The notes under the pieces: generated by a model
The model's database searches: none
The model's input: only the letters and a program-made list of their open reading frames with translations
Told to the model about the DNA's origin: nothing
DNA from: an archaeon
Lineage (GTDB): Archaea > Nanobdellota > Nanobdellia > SCGC-AAA011-G17 > GW2011-AR20
Direction: 5' to 3'
NCBI GenBank assembly: GCA_043808705.1
Contig: JAZDEO010000021.1
Coordinates: 1 to 63,493 of the forward strand
Length of the DNA: 63,493 nt
Made by a program: the position numbers and the translations under genes
In this document: positions 34,907 through 44,977 of the stretch, one piece after another
Position numbering within the stretch: the stretch's first letter is position 1
How the letters are laid out: every line of letters begins with the position of its first letter

Positions 34907-37522
34907 ATGAATAACAAAAAAAAGACAGGGGTATTAATTTTCTTTGCACTATTATATATATTATGTGTATCTTTAACTAGTGTAGATGCATTTACATTAA
35001 ATGCTCAAGAAACAAGTAAAAATGTATGCCCTGGAAACACAATATTGTTTACAGCCACTGTAAATGGGGATGGTTTCTTTGAAGCAAGATTAGATGGGAG
35101 CGCTTCTTCATGGTCTACTGTTGTGCCTAATAGTTTTTCTTTAAATCAAGAAACTAAAACACTATATATTTATGTAACACCTAATTCTAATGTTATTGCT
35201 GGAAACTATAATTTAAACCTGATTGTTAATGATGAGCTAGAAACTAAAACTAAGGCATTTACAGTAAATGTCAATAGCTGCCATAATGTACAGATTACTG
35301 GTCAAGAGAATAAAGAGATGTGTTCCTGTAACTTAGATGTTTATACCTATACCTTAAAGAACAATGGTGTTTATGATGAATCCTTAGATGTAAGTGTAGA
35401 TGGAAGTGCAAAAGACTTCTTGACATTAAGCCAGAATAGTATATTATTGCACCCTAATGAACAAAAGACATTATATGCTTATGTTGATGTTCCTTGTGAA
35501 AATTATGGAAACTATGGTTTTGCTTTAAAGGTTCAGAACAATAATATAATATCTAGCTTTAATTCAAATCTAAAGGTAAATAATTGCTTTGATTTTGACT
35601 TAAATACCGATAAAGATTATGTAAATTTTTGTGAGCATTCTATAGAGAATATTGAAGTAAGTATTAAAAATTTGGGTGAAGAGAATAATGACTTTTATGC
35701 TACATTAGATGGGCCTGCCTGGGCTAATATTGATTCTAATAAACTAAATATCCAAAGCATGAAGGAAAAGAGCTTTAATATTGTATTTAATCCTGATTAT
35801 GGTGTTCAGGGAACATTTGATATTACATTAAGGGTTAAGAGTGATTATGGAGAGATTGAGAAGATAAAAAACATGGTTGTTGATGTTAGGAAATGCCATG
35901 ATGTTATTTTAGATATATTAGAAAACAAAGTGAAGATGTGCGCTGGTCTTGAGAATAGTTATGATGTTAAGATTAAGAATATTGGTGAATTTAATAAGGA
36001 ATTTATTTTAGAAAAGAGTGAAGATTGGGTTGACTTAAGTAAAAGTTCCATTACCTTAAATAAGAATGAGGAAAAGACATTTAGTTTAGAGATAAAACCT
36101 GAGATAAGTTTAGAGGGCATCTATAATGTCTATGTTAAGGCTGTTGCTTTAGATGATAGTAATATTGAAAGTGAGGATAAAATAGAGATTAATATTGTAA
36201 GCAATCAAGATTGTTATATGCCTGAAATAAAGGCTGATGATTTGGATGTAAATAGAGATAGTTCTGCTACCTTGCCTATTGTTATTGAAAATAAGGGAAA
36301 TGAGCCAGCAAGTTATAATATTATTGTAAGCGGTGATGGAAGTAGTTTTTCAAAGGTAAATCCTGCTTACATCAAAGATTTAGAACCAGGTAAATCTGAG
36401 ATTGTTTATTTGTATTCTGCTCCTAGTTTAGAGATTAATAAAGGAATTTATAGATTAAACATAGGGGTATTAAAAGATGAGACAATATTAAAGAATAAAT
36501 ATATCAATATAAATGTTAAAGAGGCTGTTGAATATACAGCTGAGAAAAAGGAAAGTTTCTTTCAAAAGATAATAAACTGGTTTAATAATCTCTTTAAGGT
36601 TCCTGAACAAGTTATAGTGTTTAAAGAAGAGAAAACAGTTACTGAGAATACTAAATTCAAGTATAAAGAGGAAGAACATAACTTAAGGATTTTGAATGTA
36701 ACTAATAGTTCTGTAACAATAGTTATTGAAAGCAATCCTGTAATTGTTCTTTTAGATGTTGGTGAAACAAGAAATATAGATATTACGGGTGATGGTGTTA
36801 ATGATCTTACTATAACATTGGATAAGGTTGAGAATAACTTACCTTACATAACTGTTGTAGAAATATCTCAAGCATCTGATGTTGTTGAGGAAACTGATGA
36901 GACGGGTGATGAATTTACATCTGATGAATTTGAAGAGGATTTGGTTAATATAAGTGAATATGAAGAAATAGAAGAAATTGGAGATGTTGATGAAGAATTA
37001 CTTAATGAAACTCCTGTTACTGAACCAATAAGTGAGCCTGTTGAAAGTCAGGAGGGAAAAACACTATTACAACAGATATGGGATTATAAAAATTATATTT
37101 TGTATGGGATCATTATTGTAATTGTTTTAATAATCTTGTTTAACATATTCAGTAAAAGCGATGAGGAAGAGGTAGATGATGAGGAAAAGGATGAGGATGA
37201 GAAAGAAAGTAAAGATGAAGAGGATGAAATAAAGGATGAGGATGAAGAAGAGCCATTAAAGGTTGGAAGATGGATCTTTGGGTTGATTATTTTAGCTGTT
37301 ATTATTTATCTTGTATACAGATATAATAATATAGTGTTTGTTTATTTAAGCGTATATAAGTATTATATTTTAATTGGAATCATTGTTTTAATTATATTAT
37401 TGTTATTGGTAAGATATTGGGATAATATTGTTGATTTCTTTGAAGAGGAAGTTGAGGAAGAAGAGAAAGTAGAAAAGAAAGTTAAAAAGACTGTTAAAAA
37501 GACTGTTAAAAAGAAAAGATAA
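34907..37522 (+). CDS. Large surface protein with multiple CARDB-like repeats, TM segments and an acidic/lysine-rich tail
   Basis: Signal peptide after ATG 34907. Repeated ~100-aa units each begin with a Cys-containing strand (NSCHNV, NNCFDF, RKCHDV, NQDCYMP). The C-terminal region has TM helices flanked by poly-D/E and KKTVKK repeats. Confidence 0.8.
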   Translation: MNNKKKTGVLIFFALLYILCVSLTSVDAFTLNAQETSKNVCPGNTILFTATVNGDGFFEARLDGSASSWSTVVPNSFSLNQETKTLYIYVTPNSNVIAGNYNLNLIVNDELETKTKAFTVNVNSCHNVQITGQENKEMCSCNLDVYTYTLKNNGVYDESLDVSVDGSAKDFLTLSQNSILLHPNEQKTLYAYVDVPCENYGNYGFALKVQNNNIISSFNSNLKVNNCFDFDLNTDKDYVNFCEHSIENIEVSIKNLGEENNDFYATLDGPAWANIDSNKLNIQSMKEKSFNIVFNPDYGVQGTFDITLRVKSDYGEIEKIKNMVVDVRKCHDVILDILENKVKMCAGLENSYDVKIKNIGEFNKEFILEKSEDWVDLSKSSITLNKNEEKTFSLEIKPEISLEGIYNVYVKAVALDDSNIESEDKIEINIVSNQDCYMPEIKADDLDVNRDSSATLPIVIENKGNEPASYNIIVSGDGSSFSKVNPAYIKDLEPGKSEIVYLYSAPSLEINKGIYRLNIGVLKDETILKNKYININVKEAVEYTAEKKESFFQKIINWFNNLFKVPEQVIVFKEEKTVTENTKFKYKEEEHNLRILNVTNSSVTIVIESNPVIVLLDVGETRNIDITGDGVNDLTITLDKVENNLPYITVVEISQASDVVEETDETGDEFTSDEFEEDLVNISEYEEIEEIGDVDEELLNETPVTEPISEPVESQEGKTLLQQIWDYKNYILYGIIIVIVLIILFNIFSKSDEEEVDDEEKDEDEKESKDEEDEIKDEDEEEPLKVGRWIFGLIILAVIIYLVYRYNNIVFVYLSVYKYYILIGIIVLIILLLLVRYWDNIVDFFEEEVEEEEKVEKKVKKTVKKTVKKKR

Positions 37523-37559
37523 TAAAGAGAAAATAATAATCTTTAATAAAAATTAAGTT

Positions 37560-40500
37560 TTATATCTTCAGAGAAACTACTTTTGAAATTCCTTGTTGCA
37601 TTGAAACTCCATAGATTTGATCTGCTTCTGAGATAACAGCATCATTATGAGAAACAACTATGTATTGGGCATCTTTAGAATATTGTGTTATTAATTTAGA
37701 GAGTTTATCGGAATTTGTTTTATCAAGAGCTGCATCTACCTCATCAAGTAGATAAAATGAAGCTGGTTGATACTCTTGTATGGCAAATATAAATGCTAAA
37801 GCTGTTAATGTTTTTTCTCCTCCTGATAAGGATCTCACATCTAAGTATTTGTTACCGGATATCTTTACTATAACGTCAATACCTGCATTTAAAGGATTTT
37901 TAGGGTCTTCTAATTCAAAATAGGCAGAACCTTTTGTGGATAATGAAACAAATATCTCTTTAAAGTTTGATGCTATAACATCGAAAGTTCTTATAAATAG
38001 GTCTGTTTTTTTGATTTCTATCTCATTCATCATTATCAAGACATCTTCTTTCTCTATCTTTAGTTTTTCAGCTTTCTCTAATAATTGATCATAATCGTTT
38101 TCAAGCTCTTCATAAATCTCTAAGGCTCTTAAGTTGACATTGCCTATGCCTTGTAATGTTTTCTCGTTTCTTTGTATCTCAAACCTTATTTCGTCTATGT
38201 TTATATTTTTCTTTATCTTTTCATTCTTTAATGGCTCGAATTCTTTGTCTAGAGCTTCTAGTTCAGCCAATAATTTTGCTTTATCAAAAGATACTGTATT
38301 TATTTTTAATTGAACAGCCTTTATTTTCTCTTCTTCCCTTACTAAAGAGGTTTCTTTTTGCTGAATAAATTCATTTATCTTGTTTCTTTTTTCAAATAAG
38401 GACTTGAAATTAGTATAGAACATCTTTTCCTTTTTCTCATTTTCCTTCAATACAGAATTTTTTTCTTTAATCAATTCATTTAATTTAGATATCTCATTTT
38501 TAAATGACTCCATCTCTTTTTCATTGTTATTCATTATTTGGTTTATTTTGTTTGTTTCTTGTTGATGGAAAGAAAGCTGTGTATTAATGTTCTTTATTTC
38601 AGAATCTAGATTAAAGATTTTTTCCCTAATGGCTTGATATTGCTTTTCTTGTTCTGTTATAGATCCTATATTTACTGTTTGTTTTTTTACCTTTAATGAC
38701 TCCAGACTTTTATTATTAGATGCTATTTCTTTTTCCTTGTCTGTTACTAATGAATTAAGCTCTTTAATCTTCTTGTTTAGCTCTTGTTTTTCTTTATTTA
38801 AATCCCCTATAGGTAAAGAACTTTTTTCTATCTTTATTATTTCAGCTTCTAAGTCTGCTTTTTCCTTCTTAAATTTATAAATTAAATTTTCATTATCAAT
38901 TCTTTTTTGCTCTGTATTTGAGACTAGTGTCTTTAAAGAAGAAACTTCTGTTTCTAATTTTTGTATTTTGTCTGAGAAGTCAATTTCTTTAAATGCAATG
39001 CCTCTAGATTTTCTAAAACCACCTATCATGGCTCCTGATGTTTCTGTTAAGTCACCATCTAAAGTGACCATTCTTATTTCACCTATACCTATATTTCTGG
39101 CTGTATTTAGATTGTCTACAACTAATGTAGAACCAAAAACATAAGAGAATATATTTTTGAATTTTGGATCAAATTTTATTAAGTCTATAGCAGAACCAAA
39201 TACATCTGATTTTTTATCAAACTTTATTGAAGGACTTGATTTTATCTTGTTTAATGGCAAGAATGTTGCTATCCCTAATTTATTGTCTTTTAGGTATTTA
39301 ATACATTTTGCTGCTATTGCATCATCCTCTACAACTATGCTCTTTAATCTAGGACCTGCTGCAACCTCTAAAGCTAATGAATATTTTTTCTCTACTTCTC
39401 CTAGTTCAGCTACTATATTATAGATTCCCTTGATTCCAGACTCTAGAATCTTTGATGTAGCCAAAGAGTCTAAAGTAAGCTGCTTAGAGGAAATGCTTTG
39501 GATGTTTAGTTTTGCTAGATCCTCATTTTTGTCTACAAGGGTTTGTCTTAGATTAGATAATTTTACAGATAATGCTGAATCCTCATTTAAGGCTTTATTT
39601 AATTCCTGATTCTTTTCCTTAAACTTATTCTTTAAGTCTTTTATGTCTACTAAAGAAGAGCTTTCAATCTTTTTGTCTATGTCTTGAAGCTGGTAGTTTA
39701 ATTTATCAAATTCTCTTACAAGATTTTGCTTTTCCTCTTGTATTTTTAGTATAGCTGATTGAATATTATCTATTGATGTTTCTATATTTTCCTGGCCCTT
39801 TACATTATACTTTTCTCGTAATGTGTTAAGTTCCTTTAGTAACTTAGATTCTGATGAAGATCTTTCTGTTCTTTCTTTCTGTAAATCCTGAATTGATTTC
39901 TTTAGTTCTTGTATCTTTAAATTAAGATCCTTATCATCTAACTTAATTTGAATATTTCTTTTCTGTATCTTTTCTACCTCAAGTTTACAATTCTCTTGTC
40001 TTGTTGTTTTCTTTAATAGGTCTGTTTTAAAGTCCTCTGTATCTTTATGAAGCTTGACTTGTTCTTGTTCCCCTTTTTGTTCTATTTCCTGATTTATTGA
40101 AGAAATTTGATCCTTATATTCCTTAATCTTTAACTTTATTTCATCTATTTTTTTTGTGATTTCATCTATCTCTTTTTGATTTGTGTTTATTTTAGAGTCT
40201 ATATCCTCTCTATTATCTGTTTTTCCCTTTATTTGTAAACTTAAGTAAGTAGCCTTATTCTCTTTAATGTTTTTTTCAATGTTTCTATATTCTAAAGCTT
40301 CGTCTCTTTCTTTCTTTAAGTCCTTTAATCTTGATTTTCTCTCATTTAGGATTATTCCAGCTTCCCCTAATTTAGATTCAACTTTATCCAGTTCATTTAA
40401 AGCCTTAAGCTTTTTTTCTTCATAAATTGAAATGCCTGCTATCTCTTCTATTATCTGTCTTCTCTCTAATGGTTTCATTTCCATGAATCTTATAATGTCA

Positions 40501-42572
40501 CCCTGAAGTATTATGTTATGGCCCTCTACATCTATCCTTGCAGATGCTAGCATGTCTGTTACTTCTTGTTTGTTCATTACTGTACCGTTTAATTTGTAAA
40601 CAGAAATGCCTGATCTTTTTAATATCCTAGTTATTTCTACTTTTTTGTCATCTATTGCAAAATCCTTACTGGAGTTATCAAATACTATTGAGACTTCTGC
40701 TTCTTTAGCTGGTTCTCCTAATTTGCCGCCATTATAGATCAAATTTATTGACTTTTCTGCCCTTAAGCTCTTGGCTGAGCTTTCCCCTAGAACAAAACAG
40801 ATCATGTCTATAACATTAGAGTTATGCACAAATATTCCATTACCAATAAAATTATGGCAATTTGGTATTGTTAAGTCATAAACATAATCTTCTCCTTTTA
40901 CCTTTTCTATAGAGGTTATTTTATCCCAGAATATATCTGAAGAGGATATGTTTTTTAATATCTGAATAATTTCTAAGGCTTTTTCTAGTCTTTCTGATGA
41001 TTCTTTTTTAAGAAAATCATAAAGATTCTTTAAATTATTTTGTTTTGCATTAAATAAGTTTTTAGACCAATTATCTGTTATTGTTGATCTTGAAACATTA
41101 ATGTTCTTGGCTACATATGCATTTGATATATTTAATTCTTTTAAAAATTTAGTTAAGTATTTTTGATCTAATTGTATATTATCATTTAGGTTTTTTATTA
41201 TTTTTACCTTGTTTTCAAATATCTTTAGAGAGTCTATAACTCCTAATCTTGTTGGATTACATCTATTCTCATTATAAGCTGCAAATCTTGGATGTTCTTT
41301 TCTTAATGGTTTATAATCTATATAGAGAAGATTTCTACATTCTTTTATAAGGAAATTTACTTGTAAAGGTAATAAATCAATATTTGGATTTGGAATTATC
41401 TTTTTATTTAGAAATTTAGAAAGCCTTTCTTTTTTATGCTTACATCTTATAGGAATGTTCTTATATAACTTTATTAAATCTTGACTATTTTGAACATAAA
41501 GAAAATAATATTTCTTTTTTATCTTCTTTTCTGTATTTGTTGCATATTTTAGCTTTTCTTTTATTGATGAAACTATTCCAAATCTTAACAAAGAAAGCTG
41601 AACTTGATTAGCTAGATTTTTGCTTTGTGTACAATATTCAAAGCCCCTAGAATCTTTACCAACATAAGCATCACAGTCAAATAATCCAGCCAAGAAGTTT
41701 GCTAATACTGATTGTTTTGCAAATAGTATTTCTGAGGGAATATGTTTGTCTTCCTTGGTGTATTTATTTTTAAATAAATCAATAAAATAATCTGACAATT
41801 CTTTAGAATAACAATAGATATTGAATGCTTTTGATTTGTTCCAATTGCTTTCTGTGATCTTGTTAAATCTTAAACTTTTTGCTATTTTTTTGAAGTCATT
41901 TATTAATTCTTTATCTTGATTTATAAAATCTATTCTTGTTGATCTTACAATATAACCGTCTCCAACAACATAGCCTAGAAATCTTGCAATTTCCTTATTA
42001 AGGAATTTAGGAATATTATATTTTTTATTACTTTTATTAGTCTTATTAGTAATTTCTGGAAGTTTTATGTCCTTTTCAGGAAAATTTAATATTCTTGGGG
42101 TGGCAATTAAATCTGATTTCTTTAGATTTCTTACAAGTTCTGATTCTATTTTATTATCTTTAAAAATCATAACTGGATGACAACCAGTAGTTGTTACTTT
42201 TTTTCCTGTGCTTGTTGTTATTTCATATAGATAAGGCTCTCCTTTTCTTTTTATAAAGGCAGATATATCTTTTTCAACAACCTTCATGCTTTTTGGCTCT
42301 AAACCCCAGGTCTTGATATTTTCCTTATTTTCCGAAGTAAATACTCCATCATCTAACTTGATATGATAATTAGAATTATTTAAGGCAGAATCTACTATTT
42401 CACCTATATATTTTAAAGAGCCATCACTTAATAGGATTTCAGTATCCCATCTTGTGCTTTTTCCTGATCCATTTGGGCCTAGAATGAGATTAAAGTTATT
42501 ACCAAAAATAAGTTCTGTTTTCTTTGCGAATGATTTAAAACCTCTAGCTGATACGGATTTTATTATTGTCAT
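37560..42572 (-). CDS. smc: SMC chromosome segregation ATPase, interrupted by an intein
   Basis: N-terminal Walker A region, long coiled coils, hinge domain (GIYNIVAELGEV…IATFLPLNKI), C-terminal LSGGEKTLTALAF signature and Walker B LLDEVDAALD. The protein is 1670 aa including a 546-aa insertion. Confidence 0.9.
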   Translation of the reverse strand: MTIIKSVSARGFKSFAKKTELIFGNNFNLILGPNGSGKSTRWDTEILLSDGSLKYIGEIVDSALNNSNYHIKLDDGVFTSENKENIKTWGLEPKSMKVVEKDISAFIKRKGEPYLYEITTSTGKKVTTTGCHPVMIFKDNKIESELVRNLKKSDLIATPRILNFPEKDIKLPEITNKTNKSNKKYNIPKFLNKEIARFLGYVVGDGYIVRSTRIDFINQDKELINDFKKIAKSLRFNKITESNWNKSKAFNIYCYSKELSDYFIDLFKNKYTKEDKHIPSEILFAKQSVLANFLAGLFDCDAYVGKDSRGFEYCTQSKNLANQVQLSLLRFGIVSSIKEKLKYATNTEKKIKKKYYFLYVQNSQDLIKLYKNIPIRCKHKKERLSKFLNKKIIPNPNIDLLPLQVNFLIKECRNLLYIDYKPLRKEHPRFAAYNENRCNPTRLGVIDSLKIFENKVKIIKNLNDNIQLDQKYLTKFLKELNISNAYVAKNINVSRSTITDNWSKNLFNAKQNNLKNLYDFLKKESSERLEKALEIIQILKNISSSDIFWDKITSIEKVKGEDYVYDLTIPNCHNFIGNGIFVHNSNVIDMICFVLGESSAKSLRAEKSINLIYNGGKLGEPAKEAEVSIVFDNSSKDFAIDDKKVEITRILKRSGISVYKLNGTVMNKQEVTDMLASARIDVEGHNIILQGDIIRFMEMKPLERRQIIEEIAGISIYEEKKLKALNELDKVESKLGEAGIILNERKSRLKDLKKERDEALEYRNIEKNIKENKATYLSLQIKGKTDNREDIDSKINTNQKEIDEITKKIDEIKLKIKEYKDQISSINQEIEQKGEQEQVKLHKDTEDFKTDLLKKTTRQENCKLEVEKIQKRNIQIKLDDKDLNLKIQELKKSIQDLQKERTERSSSESKLLKELNTLREKYNVKGQENIETSIDNIQSAILKIQEEKQNLVREFDKLNYQLQDIDKKIESSSLVDIKDLKNKFKEKNQELNKALNEDSALSVKLSNLRQTLVDKNEDLAKLNIQSISSKQLTLDSLATSKILESGIKGIYNIVAELGEVEKKYSLALEVAAGPRLKSIVVEDDAIAAKCIKYLKDNKLGIATFLPLNKIKSSPSIKFDKKSDVFGSAIDLIKFDPKFKNIFSYVFGSTLVVDNLNTARNIGIGEIRMVTLDGDLTETSGAMIGGFRKSRGIAFKEIDFSDKIQKLETEVSSLKTLVSNTEQKRIDNENLIYKFKKEKADLEAEIIKIEKSSLPIGDLNKEKQELNKKIKELNSLVTDKEKEIASNNKSLESLKVKKQTVNIGSITEQEKQYQAIREKIFNLDSEIKNINTQLSFHQQETNKINQIMNNNEKEMESFKNEISKLNELIKEKNSVLKENEKKEKMFYTNFKSLFEKRNKINEFIQQKETSLVREEEKIKAVQLKINTVSFDKAKLLAELEALDKEFEPLKNEKIKKNINIDEIRFEIQRNEKTLQGIGNVNLRALEIYEELENDYDQLLEKAEKLKIEKEDVLIMMNEIEIKKTDLFIRTFDVIASNFKEIFVSLSTKGSAYFELEDPKNPLNAGIDVIVKISGNKYLDVRSLSGGEKTLTALAFIFAIQEYQPASFYLLDEVDAALDKTNSDKLSKLITQYSKDAQYIVVSHNDAVISEADQIYGVSMQQGISKVVSLKI
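40821..42458 (-). mobile_element. Intein (546 aa) with LAGLIDADG homing endonuclease, inserted in the SMC P-loop
   Basis: GPNGSGK|S-TRWDTEILLSDG…NCHNFIGNGIFVHN|SNVIDMICFVLG. Excision restores GPNGSGKSNVID. Block B TGCH is present. LAGLIDADG motifs are LGYVVGDGYI and LAGLFDCDAYV. Confidence 0.85.
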
Positions 42573-42608
42573 CGTTAAAATTGAAATGCTTTTTATTTAT
42601 AAAGCTTT

Positions 42609-43469
42609 TTACCCCTTATTTTTTATTCTTTTATTATGCACTTTTAAATAAGTTCTTATGAAATATTTTAAAAAGTAATCTTCATCCTTTTGTAATGCTT
42701 TATAATAAGCTTTTCGCTTCTTTTTTTCTATAATCAACATAGGATAGCTATTATGCCATAATATATGGTTAATAATCAATCTTCCTATTCTTCCATTACC
42801 ATCACCAAAAGGGTGTATTCTTTCAAATCTATAATGTGCTTTAGCTGATAATTCCACTGGATTGATTTTAGATTTAGCAATAAAACTGATTAGATCATTC
42901 ATAAGTTGCTCAACATCCTGCCAGTCTGGGGCTATGTAATTGCCTATTCTTACAAGATAATCTCTATATTTTCCAGAAATATCTTGTTTTGTTTCTCCAA
43001 ATATTCTTTTGTGCCATTCTAATATTATTTTATTAGAGATTATCTCTTTATTTTTTAACATATCTAGGAATACTTTAGAATGATTTTCAGTTTCTTTTAT
43101 GTCTCTTAATGGTCTATTCGGAGCTATGTTCTCTTTGATAATCTCTCTTGTCTCTTCTAAGGTTATTGTAGAGCCCTCTATTGCATTTGTATTATAAGTA
43201 AAGGCTATAGATATTTCTTTTAATTCCTTATCTTTTACTGTTTCAGGATATTTCTTCCATTCTTCCTGGAAATTATTTTTTATCTTCTCTAGTTTAAGGT
43301 ATAAATCTTCTTTTTCTTCTTTTATTAATTCTTTTTTTAATAGATCTATATTTTTTGGAATCTCTTTCCCTAGATATTTTTCTTTGGTTATTATCTTACT
43401 TCCTTTTCTAAATGAGTGCTGCAAATAAAGATATTCTTTATTTCCTTTTATTTTTTTTATAATTCTCAT
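42609..43469 (-). CDS. Fic/DOC family protein (AMPylase-type)
   Basis: Fic motif HPFGDGNGRIGR. An upstream TNAIEG matches the (S/T)xxxE(G/N) inhibitory helix motif. Confidence 0.85.
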   Translation of the reverse strand: MRIIKKIKGNKEYLYLQHSFRKGSKIITKEKYLGKEIPKNIDLLKKELIKEEKEDLYLKLEKIKNNFQEEWKKYPETVKDKELKEISIAFTYNTNAIEGSTITLEETREIIKENIAPNRPLRDIKETENHSKVFLDMLKNKEIISNKIILEWHKRIFGETKQDISGKYRDYLVRIGNYIAPDWQDVEQLMNDLISFIAKSKINPVELSAKAHYRFERIHPFGDGNGRIGRLIINHILWHNSYPMLIIEKKKRKAYYKALQKDEDYFLKYFIRTYLKVHNKRIKNKG

Positions 43470-43621
43470 ATAATATATTACCATTACAAAATATTTAAAT
43501 GTTTCTATTTTAGGATTTTTGTAATGATAAGTTTAATGGTTCTAAAAAAATCGATTGGTCTTTTAGATTACTTATTAGTAACATAAATAACTTTTGGTAT
43601 TTTAAAATAATTAGACTAAAT

Positions 43622-44920
43622 TTAACTTGGATCAATAACTCTGCCTACAAATAGCATATTTCCTGTACTTTTTTCCTGTATTATAAATATGAAGGGATGG
43701 TCTGCATTAAATACTTTTGGTGGTTCTGGTGGTGGACCACTTGAACCAGATTTCATTTCAACTACTGTTGCTGCTGCCGCCTCTGTCCCATATTCTGCGA
43801 CCTCTACAAATGTCTGATGAATTACTTCATCAATATAAAGTTCGCCATTTGGACTCATAACTGTTGGTGGGCTCATTCCAGTAAAATCAGCATCGGGGTA
43901 CTTAAATGCTGTTGGCATTCCCATTTCTTTAAGGTCTTCTGCCATGAAATACTTGGTTTCAAACTTAAATTTGGGTAGAGCTACAACCACTTCTTCATTT
44001 TTCATGTTATCTTTCCAATCCTTAAGGTTGTTTATTGTAAATATGTTTTCGATTTCACCTATGTTATTTTCTTTTGGCAATATTATTAACATAGAAAGCT
44101 CATCTCCAAGGTAAGGCATTTCTAAAATCTGTAGATTATCTGTTTCTCCATAATTGAAATAGCTTGTTTTATGCATCATTTCAACCTCTTTATTTTGTCC
44201 TGAATTTAATCTAAAGATTCCATCTCTTGTAATTTCTACATCAAATTGATCTGACCAGTTAGCCTTAAAGTACACTGCGTTTGTAAGTACAAGTCTTGTC
44301 ATATCACTAAGAATTCCTTTGGGTATTATGTCTTTTATCTTCCCGTTTGTATTATCTTCAACCCAATTATTTATTGTTTGTCTTGATTCCTCTGTATCTG
44401 TTTTAAAATCAAGGTTTGTTACACCGCCGCCATAATACTCATTAATGGTGTTAAAGTAATCCTCAATAAATGGATAATCCTCTTGAGCCCATAGGGCATT
44501 GGCTGTACTTAGCTTATAAGGCTTATCTTCCTTGTTTAGATTATTATATATTTCCGCAAAAGAAGACCTTATTGCATTTTTGTCTGATGTTAGATGAAGG
44601 ACTTGTTGCATTTCTTGTGCTGTATTTCCTTTTGCACCTTCATAAGTCATTGTTAATGCAGATGATATACTATAAGGAGAGAAGAAGATATTTTCATCCT
44701 TAGATTTATATCTTGAATAAAGGTCAATAGCAAATTGATTATTGGCATCTACAATAGAATTTATTCCTTCTTCAGTTGATTGACTATTGTTTAAAAGTAC
44801 AATTGGAGTATCAGGAATATTATCATCTGAGGGATTATTTTGATTGCATCCATAAGAAAATATGCTTAAAATAATTATTATAAACAAAAAAGAAATCTTT
44901 ATTGAATTCTTATGACTCAT
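43622..44920 (-). CDS. Serpin (serine protease inhibitor), secreted or lipid-anchored
   Basis: Hinge GTEAAAAT and C-terminal FNADHPFIFIIQ. The N-terminal hydrophobic segment ends in SYGC. Confidence 0.9.
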   Translation of the reverse strand: MSHKNSIKISFLFIIIILSIFSYGCNQNNPSDDNIPDTPIVLLNNSQSTEEGINSIVDANNQFAIDLYSRYKSKDENIFFSPYSISSALTMTYEGAKGNTAQEMQQVLHLTSDKNAIRSSFAEIYNNLNKEDKPYKLSTANALWAQEDYPFIEDYFNTINEYYGGGVTNLDFKTDTEESRQTINNWVEDNTNGKIKDIIPKGILSDMTRLVLTNAVYFKANWSDQFDVEITRDGIFRLNSGQNKEVEMMHKTSYFNYGETDNLQILEMPYLGDELSMLIILPKENNIGEIENIFTINNLKDWKDNMKNEEVVVALPKFKFETKYFMAEDLKEMGMPTAFKYPDADFTGMSPPTVMSPNGELYIDEVIHQTFVEVAEYGTEAAAATVVEMKSGSSGPPPEPPKVFNADHPFIFIIQEKSTGNMLFVGRVIDPS

Positions 44921-44977
44921 AATATTTAGTTCTAATAGAAGTATATAAATTTATTTAATTTAATGTAATTTGCTTAT

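Noticed and set aside
30421-37522. A diversity-generating retroelement acting on the surface-protein genes (common in DPANN).
   Set aside because: No reverse transcriptase ORF and no template/variable repeat pair with A-specific mismatches could be seen in the window.
37560-42572. Alternative identity as Rad50 rather than SMC.
   Set aside because: A globular hinge domain sits at the centre of the coiled coil instead of a CxxC zinc hook. The size after intein removal fits SMC.
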